A stretch of 64,000 bases of DNA from an uncultured Candidatus Rokubacteria bacterium (GTDB taxonomy: Bacteria; Methylomirabilota; Methylomirabilia; Rokubacteriales; CSP1-6), in contig CAVYTA010000006.1 in assembly GCA_963771355.1 (NCBI GenBank), positions 896,001 to 960,000 of the forward strand, written 5' to 3'. The position numbers were made by a program, and so were the translations under genes. Shown here piece by piece: positions 21,861-33,632 of this stretch; positions within the stretch are counted from its first letter, which is position 1; every line of letters starts with the position of its first letter. The notes below the pieces were generated by a model. It was not told the DNA's origin, did no database searches, and was given only the letters and a program-made list of their open reading frames with translations.

Positions 21861-23095
21861 CGAGCGACCTCGCGCGCGGCGCCGTCGGTGAGTTCTCCAC
21901 CATCGAGGAAGCCATCGAGGAGATCCGGGCGGGCCGGATGCTCGTGGTGGTGGACGACGAGGATCGCGAGAACGAAGGCGACCTCCTAATGGCTGCCGAC
22001 CGGGTCACTCCGGAAGCGGTGAACTTCATGGCCCGGTACGGCCGCGGCCTCATCTGCGTGCCCATGCTCGGGGAGCGCCTCGACGACCTCGAGATCGGTC
22101 TGATGGTGCGCGACAACACCGAGCCGCACGGCACCGCCTTCACCACCACCGTGGACGCCCGCCGCGGCGTCACCACCGGCATCTCCGCCTACGATCGCGC
22201 CATCACCATCCGCACCCTCGTCGACCCCGCCTCGCGTCCGGAGGACCTCAACCGGCCCGGCCACATCTTCCCGCTCCGGGCGCTGCCCGGCGGCGTGCTC
22301 CGCCGCGCCGGCCATACCGAGGCGGCGGTGGACCTCGCGCGGCTGGCCGGCTCGGCCCCGATGGGCGTGATCTGCGAGGTGCTGGACGACGAGGGGGGCA
22401 TGGCCCGGTTGCCGGAGCTATTCAAGCTCGCCCGCACGCACGGGCTCAAGGTCATCACCATCAAGGACCTCATCGAGTACCGGATGCAGAAGGAGAAGCT
22501 CGTGCGCCGGGCGGCGGTGACGCAGCTGCCCACCGAGTTCGGTGAGTTCACCTGCATCGCCTACGAGACCACGGTGGACGACCGAGTCCCGGTGGCGCTC
22601 ATCATGGGGGACATCACCACCGACGCCCCCGTGCTCATGCGCGTGCACTCCGAGTGCCTCACCGGCGACGTGTTCGCCTCCGAGCGCTGCGACTGCGGCT
22701 CCCAGCTCCACCGCGCGCTGGCCATCATCGCCCGCGAGGGCCGCGGCGTCCTCGTCTACATGCGCCAGGAAGGGCGGGGGATCGGGCTCGTCAACAAGCT
22801 CCGCGCCTACGAGCTGCAGGACCAGGGCAAGGACACGGTGGAAGCCAATCACGCCCTCGGGTTCGGGGCGGACTTGCGCCACTACGGGATCGGCGCCCAG
22901 ATCCTGGTCGACCTCGGCATCAGGAACCTCCGCTACCTCACCAACAACCCGAAGAAGATCGTCGGCATCGAGGGCTACGGCCTGCGGGTGGTGGAGCGGG
23001 TGCCGCTGGAGGTCCCGCCCACCGAGGCCAATCGCCGGTACCTCGCCACCAAGCGCGAGAAGATGGGCCACCTCTTCTCCGCCTTCCCGGACTGA
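21857..23095 (+). CDS. ribBA: DHBP synthase / GTP cyclohydrolase II
   Basis: [44 protein letters not shown]. Confidence 0.96.
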   Translation: MTSDLARGAVGEFSTIEEAIEEIRAGRMLVVVDDEDRENEGDLLMAADRVTPEAVNFMARYGRGLICVPMLGERLDDLEIGLMVRDNTEPHGTAFTTTVDARRGVTTGISAYDRAITIRTLVDPASRPEDLNRPGHIFPLRALPGGVLRRAGHTEAAVDLARLAGSAPMGVICEVLDDEGGMARLPELFKLARTHGLKVITIKDLIEYRMQKEKLVRRAAVTQLPTEFGEFTCIAYETTVDDRVPVALIMGDITTDAPVLMRVHSECLTGDVFASERCDCGSQLHRALAIIAREGRGVLVYMRQEGRGIGLVNKLRAYELQDQGKDTVEANHALGFGADLRHYGIGAQILVDLGIRNLRYLTNNPKKIVGIEGYGLRVVERVPLEVPPTEANRRYLATKREKMGHLFSAFPD

Positions 23096-23096
23096 C

Positions 23097-23603
23097 ATGG
23101 CGGGCCGCGCCCCCGCGCCACCGCCGCCCGCGGGAATACCGGGCGGATCGACCACGGCACGCTTCGGGGTGGTGGCCGCGCGCTTCAACGAGGCGATCTC
23201 GAAGAAGCTCGCCGACGGCGCGGTGGCGGCGCTCGAGGGGGCGGGCATCTCCGCCGCGCGCGTGGACGTCCACTGGGTGCCCGGCTCCTTCGAGCTCCCC
23301 CTCGCCGCGCTCACCCTGGCCCGGAGCCGCCGCTATGCCGGCATCGCGTGCGTGGGGGTGGTCATCCGTGGGGAGACGCCGCACTTCGAGTACGTCTCCC
23401 GTGAGACGGCGGCGGGGATCCGTCAGGCTGCGCTGGCGACCGGCGTGCCCATCGGGTTCGGCGTGATCACCGCCAATACCGAGGAGCAGGCCTGGGAGCG
23501 CGCGGGCGGCTCGGTGGGGAATCGCGGCGCGGAGGCGGCGCTCGCCGTGCTCGAGATGGCGGGCTGGCTCCAGGCCCGGCGCGGCTCCGCCCGGCGGCGC
23601 TGA
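23097..23603 (+). CDS. ribH: 6,7-dimethyl-8-ribityllumazine synthase
   Basis: ARFN, VPGSFELP, IRGETPHF, FGVIT. Confidence 0.95.
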   Translation: MAGRAPAPPPPAGIPGGSTTARFGVVAARFNEAISKKLADGAVAALEGAGISAARVDVHWVPGSFELPLAALTLARSRRYAGIACVGVVIRGETPHFEYVSRETAAGIRQAALATGVPIGFGVITANTEEQAWERAGGSVGNRGAEAALAVLEMAGWLQARRGSARRR

Positions 23604-24019
23604 TGGGCAAGCGACGGAAGTCGCGCGAGCTGGCGCTCCAGCTCCTCTACCAGCTCGACCTCCAGGACGCCTCCAGCGCCGAGCCCTATCTCGACGAGTT
23701 CTGGACCCGGCATCCGGTGGACGGCGAGGTGCGGGGCTTCGTGGAGTCGCTGGTGCGGGGCACTAAGTTCCACCAGCAGAAGATCGACGAGGTCATCGGC
23801 CAGTTCGCCGAGAACTGGGACCTCGACCGCATGGCGGTGGTGGATCGCAACATCCTCCGGGAAGGGGTGTTCGAGCTGCTCTGGATGATGGAGATCCCGC
23901 CCAAGGTCGCCATCAACGAGGCCCTCGAGGTCGCCAAGAAGTTCAGCACGCGGGAGTCGAGCCGGTTCATCAACGGGCTTCTCGATCGCGTCCACAAAGA
24001 GCTGCGGCCCCCCGCGTAG
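23603..24019 (+). CDS. nusB: Transcription antitermination factor NusB
   Basis: RRKSRELALQLLY, DRNILR, AINEA, FINGLLD. Follows ribH. Confidence 0.95.
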   Translation: MGKRRKSRELALQLLYQLDLQDASSAEPYLDEFWTRHPVDGEVRGFVESLVRGTKFHQQKIDEVIGQFAENWDLDRMAVVDRNILREGVFELLWMMEIPPKVAINEALEVAKKFSTRESSRFINGLLDRVHKELRPPA

Positions 24020-24038
24020 CCACTCCCACGGCCGCCCC

Positions 24039-24779
24039 ATCCGATACGCCGTCCTGTCCGACGTACACGCCAACCATCACGCCTTGCGCGCGGTCCTCGA
24101 GGACGCGGCCCTCGAGGGCGCCCATGCGCTGCTGAGCCTCGGTGACCTGGTGGGCTACGGCGCCGAGCCCGCCGCCTGCGTGGACGCGGTGGCGGAACGG
24201 GCCGTCGCGATGGTGGGCGGCAATCACGAGCACGGCGCCGCCGGTCTCCTGAGCCTGGACTGGTTCAATCCCGCGGCGCGCGCGGCGGCGCTCTGGACCC
24301 GCGAGCAGCTGCCGCCCGACACGCTGGAGTGGCTGGGCAGCCGCCCGCTCACCGCGACGGTGGACGACGCGACGCTCGTCCACGCGAGCCCGCGGCGGCC
24401 GGAGGAGTGGGACTATCTGGTCTCCGCGGAAGATGGCTTCGGGGTCTTCGCGGCCTTCGCGACCCGCGTGTGCTTCGTGGGGCACTCGCACCGGCCCGGC
24501 GTGTGGTCGCTGGGATCGAGCGGCCCGGACCACGAGGCCCGCTTCACGGCCTGGCCGGTGGAGGTGCCGCTGGTGGATGGGCGGCGCTACGTGATCAACG
24601 TGGGCAGCGTGGGGCAGCCCCGCGACCGCGACCCGCGCGCGGCTTACGCCATCTGGGACCCGGAGGCGCGGCGCGTGAGCATTCGCCGGGTCGCCTACGA
24701 TCACCATGCCGCCGCCCGCCGCATCCTCGCCGCGGGCCTGCCCCGCGTGCTCGCCGAACGACTGGCCAGTGGACTCTGA
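24039..24779 (+). CDS. Metallophosphoesterase (calcineurin-like), apparent ATC start
   Basis: SDVHAN (upstream of the ORF-track TTG at 24084), LGDLVGYG, GNHE, VHAS, GHSH, NVGSVGQPRD. Confidence 0.85.
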   Translation: MRYAVLSDVHANHHALRAVLEDAALEGAHALLSLGDLVGYGAEPAACVDAVAERAVAMVGGNHEHGAAGLLSLDWFNPAARAAALWTREQLPPDTLEWLGSRPLTATVDDATLVHASPRRPEEWDYLVSAEDGFGVFAAFATRVCFVGHSHRPGVWSLGSSGPDHEARFTAWPVEVPLVDGRRYVINVGSVGQPRDRDPRAAYAIWDPEARRVSIRRVAYDHHAAARRILAAGLPRVLAERLASGL

Positions 24780-26325
24780 CCGGCTCGCCGCCCTCGAGCC
24801 GGCGCGCATCCGGGTGCCGCTGCTCCTGGCCGGCGGCATTCTCGGCGCGCTGGCCTTCCCCTCGACGGATTGGTGGCCGCTGGCGTGGGTCGCGCTGCTC
24901 CCCACTCTGCTCGGCGCCCTCACGCTGCCGCCCCGCCTCGCCTTGCGCGACGGATGGCTCCAGGGGACCGTGTTCTTCGTCCTGCTCCTCCGCTGGCTCG
25001 ATCACACCTTCCGGCATTACAGCGCGATCCCCTGGCCCTTGACCTGGCTGCCCATCGTGGCGCTGGCGGCGTACTGCGGCCTGTACTTCGGCGCGGCGGC
25101 GTTCTGGATCGCCTGGGCTCGCGGAGCACTGGGACGGGGCTGGGCGCTGGCGCTGGTGCCACCGCTCTGGGTGGCCGGCGAATGGTTGCGCGGCTGGCTT
25201 CTGGGTGGCTTCCCGTGGGGACTCATGGGGTATGCGGCGCACGGGGTGCTCCCGCTGATCCAGATCGCCGAGCTGACCGGGGTCTACGGGGTGTCCTTTC
25301 TCATCGTCGCCGTGAACTGCGTGCTGGCCGGTCTCCTCACGCTGGGCTGGACGCGCGCGCTGCCGGGAGTGGTCGGCGTCGGCGCGCTGGTGCTGGGCAC
25401 GCTCGCGTTCGGCTGGAGCGCGCTGGGCGGCGCGGCCCCCGCGCCCCCGCTGCGGGTGGCCGTGATCCAGCCCAATATCGCGCAGACACTCAAGTGGGAC
25501 CCGGCACGGCACGCCGAGATCCTCGACGTCTACGAGGCGCTCACGCGCGAGGCGGCGCGGCCGGTGGAGGTGACCGACCCCACCTCCCGCCCGGCCGTGA
25601 TCATCTGGCCGGAGACGGCGGCCACCATCTTCCTGCGGGGCGACCCGACATTGCTCGACCGGCTCCGGCGGCTGTCCGCCGAGCTCCGGATCCCGCTCCT
25701 GGTGGGCTCGCTCGACCGGCGGGAGACCCCCCGTCCGCAGTACCTGAACAGCGCGTTTCTCCTGACCGGACAAGGGATTACAGCCAAGTATGATAAGATC
25801 CACCTGGTGCCGTTCGGAGAATATGTTCCCCTAGGCTGGCTCATCGGATTCGTGCGCAGCTGGGCGGAATTCATCTCTGATTTCGGGGCCGGTGAGCAGC
25901 CCACCCTCATGGCCGTCGAGGGGGCACGCTTCGGCACGGTGATCTGCTACGAGATCATCTTTCCCGAGCTGTTCCGGGAGGGGGTCGCGGTGGGCGCGAC
26001 CTTCATGGCCAACATCACCAACGACGCATGGTTCGGTGAGACGAGCGGGCCCTGGCAGCATCTGGGCATGCTTCCGCTGCGGGCGGTGGAGACCCGCGTG
26101 GCCATTGGGCGAGCGGCGAATACGGGGATCTCGGCCTTCGTCGATCCGAGCGGGCGCATCCGAAAGTGGCTCCCGCTCGGCGCGCGGGGCATTCTGGCGG
26201 ATCGCGTGCCGCTCCGCGAGCGCGAGACGCTCTACGCGCGGTGGGGCAACTGGTTCGTGTACCTGTCGCTGGCGCTGGTCGCGGGAGCGGCCGGCTTCAC
26301 CTTCTTCCGGAGGTCGCGGTGCTGA
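24769..26325 (+). CDS. lnt: Apolipoprotein N-acyltransferase
   Basis: GFPWG, QPNI, WPE, YDKIHLVPFGEYVP, ICYE, TNDAWF, NTGIS. Start approximate. Confidence 0.94.
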   Translation: MDSDRLAALEPARIRVPLLLAGGILGALAFPSTDWWPLAWVALLPTLLGALTLPPRLALRDGWLQGTVFFVLLLRWLDHTFRHYSAIPWPLTWLPIVALAAYCGLYFGAAAFWIAWARGALGRGWALALVPPLWVAGEWLRGWLLGGFPWGLMGYAAHGVLPLIQIAELTGVYGVSFLIVAVNCVLAGLLTLGWTRALPGVVGVGALVLGTLAFGWSALGGAAPAPPLRVAVIQPNIAQTLKWDPARHAEILDVYEALTREAARPVEVTDPTSRPAVIIWPETAATIFLRGDPTLLDRLRRLSAELRIPLLVGSLDRRETPRPQYLNSAFLLTGQGITAKYDKIHLVPFGEYVPLGWLIGFVRSWAEFISDFGAGEQPTLMAVEGARFGTVICYEIIFPELFREGVAVGATFMANITNDAWFGETSGPWQHLGMLPLRAVETRVAIGRAANTGISAFVDPSGRIRKWLPLGARGILADRVPLRERETLYARWGNWFVYLSLALVAGAAGFTFFRRSRC

Positions 26326-27438
26326 GCGAGCTGAAGCGGGACGTGGCAGACGTGGAGCGTCGCCTCGAGGACCTCCGAGGTCATCTTTGACCTGCCCGCG
26401 CGGGAGGCCCGGCTCGCGGCCATCGACGCCGAGATGTCCCGGGCGACCTTCTGGGAAGACACCCGGCGTGCGCAGACCCTGGTCCAGGAGCGGGCGGAGC
26501 AGAACCGGACGGTGAGCCGTTTCCGGGAGCTCGCCACCCAGGCCGAGGAGGCGCGCCTCCTCTGGGAGATGGCCACCGAAGCGGCCGACGAGAGCCACGG
26601 CCCCGAGATCGCCGCCAGCCTCGCCCGGCTCCGCACCGAGCTGGAAGCGTTCGAGATCAAGGTCATCCTCTCCGGGCCCCAGGACGCCAAGAGCGCCATT
26701 CTGTCCATCCACCCCGGCGCGGGCGGGACCGAGTCGCAGGACTGGGCCCAGATGCTGATGCGCATGTATCTCCGCTGGGCGGAGCGCGTGGGCATCAAGG
26801 CCGAAGTGGTGGATCTGCTGCCGGGCGAGGAGGCCGGGATCAAGTCGGCCACCATCACGATGACCGGCGAGTACGCCTACGGGTACCTCAAGAGCGAGAT
26901 CGGCGTGCACCGGCTCATCCGGATCTCCCCCTTCGATGCCTCCAAGCGGCGCCACACCTCATTCGCCTCGGTGGCGGTGATCCCCGAGGTGGAGGACGTG
27001 GAAGTGGTGATCCGCGACGACGAGCTCCGCGTGGACGTCTACCGCTCCTCGGGCCCCGGCGGGCAGGGGGTCAACACCGCCGACTCCGCCGTCCGCCTCA
27101 CTCACCTTCCCACCGGCATCGTGGTGGCCTGCCAGAACGAGCGCTCTCAGCTGCGGAATCGCGACACCGCCCTGCGCATCCTGCGCGCGCGGCTCTATCA
27201 GGTGTACGAGAAGAAGCAGCGCGAGGAGCTGGCGGAGCTCACCGGGGAAAAGAAGGACATCGCCTTCGGCAGCCAGATCCGTACCTATACCTTCCACCCC
27301 TACCAGATCATCAAGGACCACCGCACCGGGGTGGAGGTCGGCAACGTGGAAGCGGTGATGGATGGCGACATCGATCCCTTCATCCGCGCCTACCTCACGG
27401 GGGTTCGCGCGGGCGGAACCTCCGTGAAGGCCGACTGA
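26319..27438 (+). CDS. prfB: Peptide chain release factor 2, programmed +1 frameshift at 26385-26391
   Basis: Short GTG ORF ends GAGGT-CAT-CTT-TGA-C. The +1 frame carries SPF and GGQ motifs. Confidence 0.96.
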
Positions 27439-27441
27439 GAC

Positions 27442-29000
<1,559 letters not shown>

Positions 29001-29004
<4 letters not shown>

Positions 29005-30245
29005 TGCGGGGGCGGGGGCTGCCCTTCGAGCTCGTGCTCGGCCTCAAGTACGTCCGCTCCCGGGGCCGACGCAGCAACCTCTCGCTCTTCGTCTGGATCG
29101 GGATCGGCGGCGTCTTCCTCGGCGTGAGCGCGCTCATCGTGGTGCTGGCGACCATGACCGGCTTCCAGGACGGCATCAAGGACAAGATCATCGCCGCCCA
29201 GCCCCACGTCCTGGTGGTGGAGGGCGGCGGCCGCGGCATGGCCGACGCCGCCGCGGTGGCGGCCCGCCTCCGGCCGGTCTCCGGCGTGCTCGCGGCCACG
29301 CCCTTCGTGCTGCAGCAGGCGCTCTTCACGGTGCAGGGCGGAGGGGCCACCGGCGGGCTGCTGCGGGGGGTCGATCTCGACGCGCCCGCGGTGCGCGAGA
29401 CGATCGCCTCCCAGCTCAAGGGCGGCAGCCTCGACCCGCTCCTCACGGGCGGGGAGCCCGCGCTCCTGCTGGGCCGGGAGCTCGCCCGCACGCTGGGGGT
29501 GATTCCCGGCGACACCGTGACCGTCATCTCGCCGCAGGGGGCCATGACCGCGGTGGGCCTCGTGCCCAAGATGCGCCGCTTCCTGGTGGCGGGCTACGTC
29601 GAGGTGGGCATGTTCGAGCACGACGCCTCGCTCGCCTACACCACGCTGGCCGCCGCCCAGGAATTCGCGGGGCTGGGGGACCGCGTCACCGGCGTGGAGG
29701 TCAAGCTCGATGACCCGTTCGAGGCCAAGACGGTGGCCCTCCGTCTGGCCGCCGCGGCGGGAGCGCCCTACTGGATCCGCGACTGGATGGACATGAACCG
29801 GAACCTCTTCGCCGCGCTCCAGCTGGAGAAGCTCGCGCTGTTCGTGATCGTCACCATCATCGTCCTGGTGGCGGGCTTCGCCATCATCGGCCACCTCATC
29901 CTGCTGGTGGCCGAGAAGCGAAAGGAGATCGGCATCCTCAAGGCGATGGGCGCCACCTCGGGCTCCATCGGCGCCATCTTCCTCGCCGCCGGTATGCTGA
30001 TCGGGCTGGTGGGGACCATCGCCGGAAGCGCCTTCGGGCTGGCCATCATCTGGGTGCAAAACACCTACAAGATCATCCGGCTCGCGGGCGACGTGTACCA
30101 GATCGACCACCTCCCCATGAAGCTCTCCGGCGGCGACTTCGCTCTCGTGATCGGCGCCACCCTGGTGATCTCCTTCCTCGCCACGATCTCACCGGCGCGC
30201 CGCGCCGCCGCGCTCGCCCCCGTGGATGTCCTCCGATATGAATGA
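29001..30245 (+). CDS. lolE: Lipoprotein-releasing ABC transporter permease LolC/E
   Basis: [37 protein letters not shown]. Adjacent to lolD. Confidence 0.88.
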
Positions 30246-30924
30246 CGAGCCGCTCGTCGTCGCGGAGGATCTCGAGAAGGAGTACCGCATGGGTCCGGAG
30301 CTGGTCCGCGTGCTCCGGGGGGCGAGCCTCACCGTGAACCGCGCGGAGACGGTGGCCGTCATCGGCGCGTCCGGGGTCGGCAAGTCCACCCTCCTCCACC
30401 TGCTGGGCGCGCTGGATCGGCCCAGCGCGGGCCGCGTGCGCTTCGACGGCGAGGACCTCTTCGTGCGCTCGGAGACGGGGCTGGCCCGCTACCGCCGGAC
30501 GGAGGTCGGCTTCGTCTTCCAGTTCGGCAATCTCCTGGGCGAGATGACCGCGCTCGAGAACGCGATGATCCCCGCGCTGCTGCAGCGGCTCCCCTCGCCC
30601 ACGGCGCGCGCCCGGGCGGCGGAAGCGCTGGGTGAGGTGGGCCTGACCGACCGGATGAATCACCGGCCCGGCGAGCTCTCGGGCGGGGAGCAGCAGCGCG
30701 TGGCCATCGCGCGCGCGCTGGTGGGGGCACCGCGGCTCCTCCTCGCTGACGAGCCCACCGGAAACCTCGATCCCAAGACCAGCGAGGTGATCTGGGACCT
30801 GTTCCTGCGCCTGCAGGCGGAGCGGGGGCTGTCGGTCGTGATCGCCACCCACAATCACGAGCTGGCGCGGCGCGCGGATCGAGGGTACCGGCTGGTAGAA
30901 GGCCGGGCGCAAGCCTGGCCGTGA
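30238..30924 (+). CDS. lolD: Lipoprotein-releasing ABC transporter ATPase
   Basis: GASGVGKST, LSGGEQQR, ADEPTGNLD, ATHN. Confidence 0.9.
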   Translation: MNDEPLVVAEDLEKEYRMGPELVRVLRGASLTVNRAETVAVIGASGVGKSTLLHLLGALDRPSAGRVRFDGEDLFVRSETGLARYRRTEVGFVFQFGNLLGEMTALENAMIPALLQRLPSPTARARAAEALGEVGLTDRMNHRPGELSGGEQQRVAIARALVGAPRLLLADEPTGNLDPKTSEVIWDLFLRLQAERGLSVVIATHNHELARRADRGYRLVEGRAQAWP

Positions 30925-31141
30925 GGCGATTCGGCGCCTTGGATCCGCGGCCCGTAGCCCCCTCGGCCGATGGCCCCGCCGAGACCGCCCTTCGGATCGC
31001 CGGTGTTCCGGGCAGATAGACCCCGAAGGGAAGAAAAGGCTAGGCGCCGCATTGGGCGGGCGTTATACTTTGAGCAGGTTTAGGCAGCATCGAGTGACCA
31101 TCACCTGACCCTGGGGAGCCCCGGGGGAGTGAGGTAATCAA

Positions 31142-33589
31142 GTGTTCGAACGGTTCACCGAGCGGGCGCGGCGGGTCATCATTCTGGCACGGGAAGAGGC
31201 GGGCCGCTTCCGCCACGACTTCGTAGGCACTGAGCACATCCTCCTCGGCCTCATTCGCGACGGTGAGGGGATCGCCACCGCCGTCCTCCAGCGGCTCGGG
31301 CTCCGGCTCGAGACCGTCAAGGCGGAAGTGGAGCGGGCCCTGGCCGGCTTCCCCAAGACCCTGACCTTCGGGGAGGTACCGTTCACCCCCCAGGCCAAGC
31401 GGGTGCTCGAGCTCAGCATTGAGGAGGCCCGTCAGCTGGGCCACAACTACATCGGCACCGAGCATCTCCTCCTCGGCCTCATGAAAGAGGGCCAGTCCAT
31501 CGCGGCCAAGATCCTCGAGTCGCTCGGGGCCAGGCTCGACGAGGTCCGCCAGGAGACGCTCTCCCTCCTCGGTGACCAGTATTATCCCCGCCCGAAGAAG
31601 CGCTCGCAGACCCCGGTGCTCGACGAGTTCGCGCGTGACCTCACCCAGCTCGCCCGCGAGTCCAAGCTCGACCCCGTCATCGGGCGCGAGACCGAGATCG
31701 AGCGCGTGATCCAGATCCTGGCCCGCCGGACCAAGAACAACCCGGTCCTCATCGGCGAGCCCGGGGTGGGGAAGACCGCCATCGTTGAGGGGCTCGCCCA
31801 GCGCATCGTCGGGCACGAGGTGCCGGACGTCCTCGCGCAGAAGCGGCTGCTCCAGCTCGACCTGGGCGCCCTCGTCGCGGGGACCAAGTACCGCGGCCAA
31901 TTCGAGGAACGGCTCAAGGCGGTGATGAAGGAGATCCGGCAGTCGGAGAACGTCGTCCTCTTCCTCGACGAGCTGCACACCCTCATCGGGGCGGGCGCCG
32001 CCGAAGGCGCCATCGATGCCTCCAACATGCTGAAGCCCGCGCTCTCGCGCGGCGAGATCCAGACCATCGGCGCCACCACCCTGGACGAGTATCGAAAGTA
32101 CATCGAGAAGGACGGCGCGCTGGAGCGGCGCTTCCAGCCGGTGATCGTGCGCGCCCCTTCCGTGCCGGAGTCGGTGGAGATCATCAAGGGCCTGCGCCAC
32201 AAGTACGAGGCGCATCACCGCGTGAAGATCACCGATCAGGCCATCGACGCCGCGGTGAAGCTCGCCGACCGCTACATCACGGACCGTCAGCTCCCCGACA
32301 AGGCCATCGACGTCATCGACGAGGCCTCCTCGCGCACCCGCCTCATGGCCCTCATGCCGCCGCCGGAGATCAAGGAGCTCGGCAAGGAGGTCGAGCGGGT
32401 CGTCCGCGAGAAGGACATGTACCTGGAGGCGCAGGAGTTCGAGAAGGCGGCGTCGCTCCGGGAGAAGGAAAAGCTGCTGCGGGGGCGCGACGAGGAGCTC
32501 AAGCGCGAGTGGGACAAGCGGAAGGGCAAGGGCCCCCAGACCGTCAGCGAGGAGGACATCGAGTACATCGTGTCCCGCTGGACGGGCATCCCGCTGTCGA
32601 AGCTCGAAGAGAAGGAATCGGCCAAGCTCGCCCGCATGGAGGACGCCCTGCACGGCCGCATCGTGGGCCAGCGTGACGCGGTGGCCGCGGTGTCGCGGGC
32701 GATCCGGCGCTCCCGGGCCGGGCTCAAGGACAGCAAGCGTCCGGTGGGGTCCTTCATCTTCCTCGGGCCCACCGGGGTGGGGAAGACCGAGCTCGCGCGG
32801 GCGCTCGCCGAGTACCTCTTCGGCGACGAAAATGCGCTGATCCGGGTCGACATGTCCGAGTACATGGAGAAGTTCTCCGTCTCCCGGCTCCTCGGCGCCC
32901 CTCCCGGCTACGTGGGCTACGAAGAGGGGGGCTTCCTCACCGAGAAAGTCCGCCGCCGGCCCTACTCGGTGGTGCTGTTCGACGAGATCGAGAAGGCCCA
33001 TCCGGACGTGTTCAACATGCTCCTCCAGGTGCTCGACGACGGACGCCTGTCGGACTCCGTGGGGCATGTGGTGGACTTCAAGAACACCATCTTGATCATG
33101 ACGTCGAACCTCGGGACGAGCTTCATCGGCAAGCGCGTATCGCCCGGCTTCATACCCGAGGGCGACGACGCCTCCCACGAGAAGATGAAGGGCCGGGTCA
33201 TGGAGGAGCTCAAGCGCGCCTTCCGGCCGGAGTTCGTCAATCGCATCGACGACACCATCGTGTTCCACGGCCTCTCGCGTGAGGACATCTCCAACATCGT
33301 CCGTCTCATGATGAAGCGGGTGAACGGTCAGCTCGCGGACAAGGGCATCACGGTGGAACCCACCACGGCGGCCCTCGATCTCCTCGTGGAGAAGGGGTAC
33401 GACGCCACCTACGGAGCCCGGCAGCTCCGGCGTACCATCCAGAAACATGTGGAGGACCCGCTCGCCGAGGCCATCGTCCGCGGTCAAATCACGGACGGGG
33501 CGCGCCTCGAGCTCGACGTGGAGGGGGATAATTTCGTCTTCCGGGAAGCGCAGGTCGCGGAGCCGCCTCTCGCGCTGGCCGAGCACTGA
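31142..33589 (+). CDS. clpC: ATP-dependent Clp protease ATPase ClpC
   Basis: [12 protein letters not shown], two ClpN repeats, [11 protein letters not shown] domain, [14 protein letters not shown] and TATACT at 31064. Confidence 0.94.
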   Translation: MFERFTERARRVIILAREEAGRFRHDFVGTEHILLGLIRDGEGIATAVLQRLGLRLETVKAEVERALAGFPKTLTFGEVPFTPQAKRVLELSIEEARQLGHNYIGTEHLLLGLMKEGQSIAAKILESLGARLDEVRQETLSLLGDQYYPRPKKRSQTPVLDEFARDLTQLARESKLDPVIGRETEIERVIQILARRTKNNPVLIGEPGVGKTAIVEGLAQRIVGHEVPDVLAQKRLLQLDLGALVAGTKYRGQFEERLKAVMKEIRQSENVVLFLDELHTLIGAGAAEGAIDASNMLKPALSRGEIQTIGATTLDEYRKYIEKDGALERRFQPVIVRAPSVPESVEIIKGLRHKYEAHHRVKITDQAIDAAVKLADRYITDRQLPDKAIDVIDEASSRTRLMALMPPPEIKELGKEVERVVREKDMYLEAQEFEKAASLREKEKLLRGRDEELKREWDKRKGKGPQTVSEEDIEYIVSRWTGIPLSKLEEKESAKLARMEDALHGRIVGQRDAVAAVSRAIRRSRAGLKDSKRPVGSFIFLGPTGVGKTELARALAEYLFGDENALIRVDMSEYMEKFSVSRLLGAPPGYVGYEEGGFLTEKVRRRPYSVVLFDEIEKAHPDVFNMLLQVLDDGRLSDSVGHVVDFKNTILIMTSNLGTSFIGKRVSPGFIPEGDDASHEKMKGRVMEELKRAFRPEFVNRIDDTIVFHGLSREDISNIVRLMMKRVNGQLADKGITVEPTTAALDLLVEKGYDATYGARQLRRTIQKHVEDPLAEAIVRGQITDGARLELDVEGDNFVFREAQVAEPPLALAEH

Positions 33590-33632
33590 TCGACCGAACG
33601 CTGGGCCGAGATACGACGGGCCGCTCGCTCTC

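Noticed and set aside
30925..31141. ncRNA, CIRCE or CtsR box upstream of clpC
   Set aside because: Only a weak half-site (GAGTGACCA) without a partner and short GC hairpins. No recognisable RNA family.
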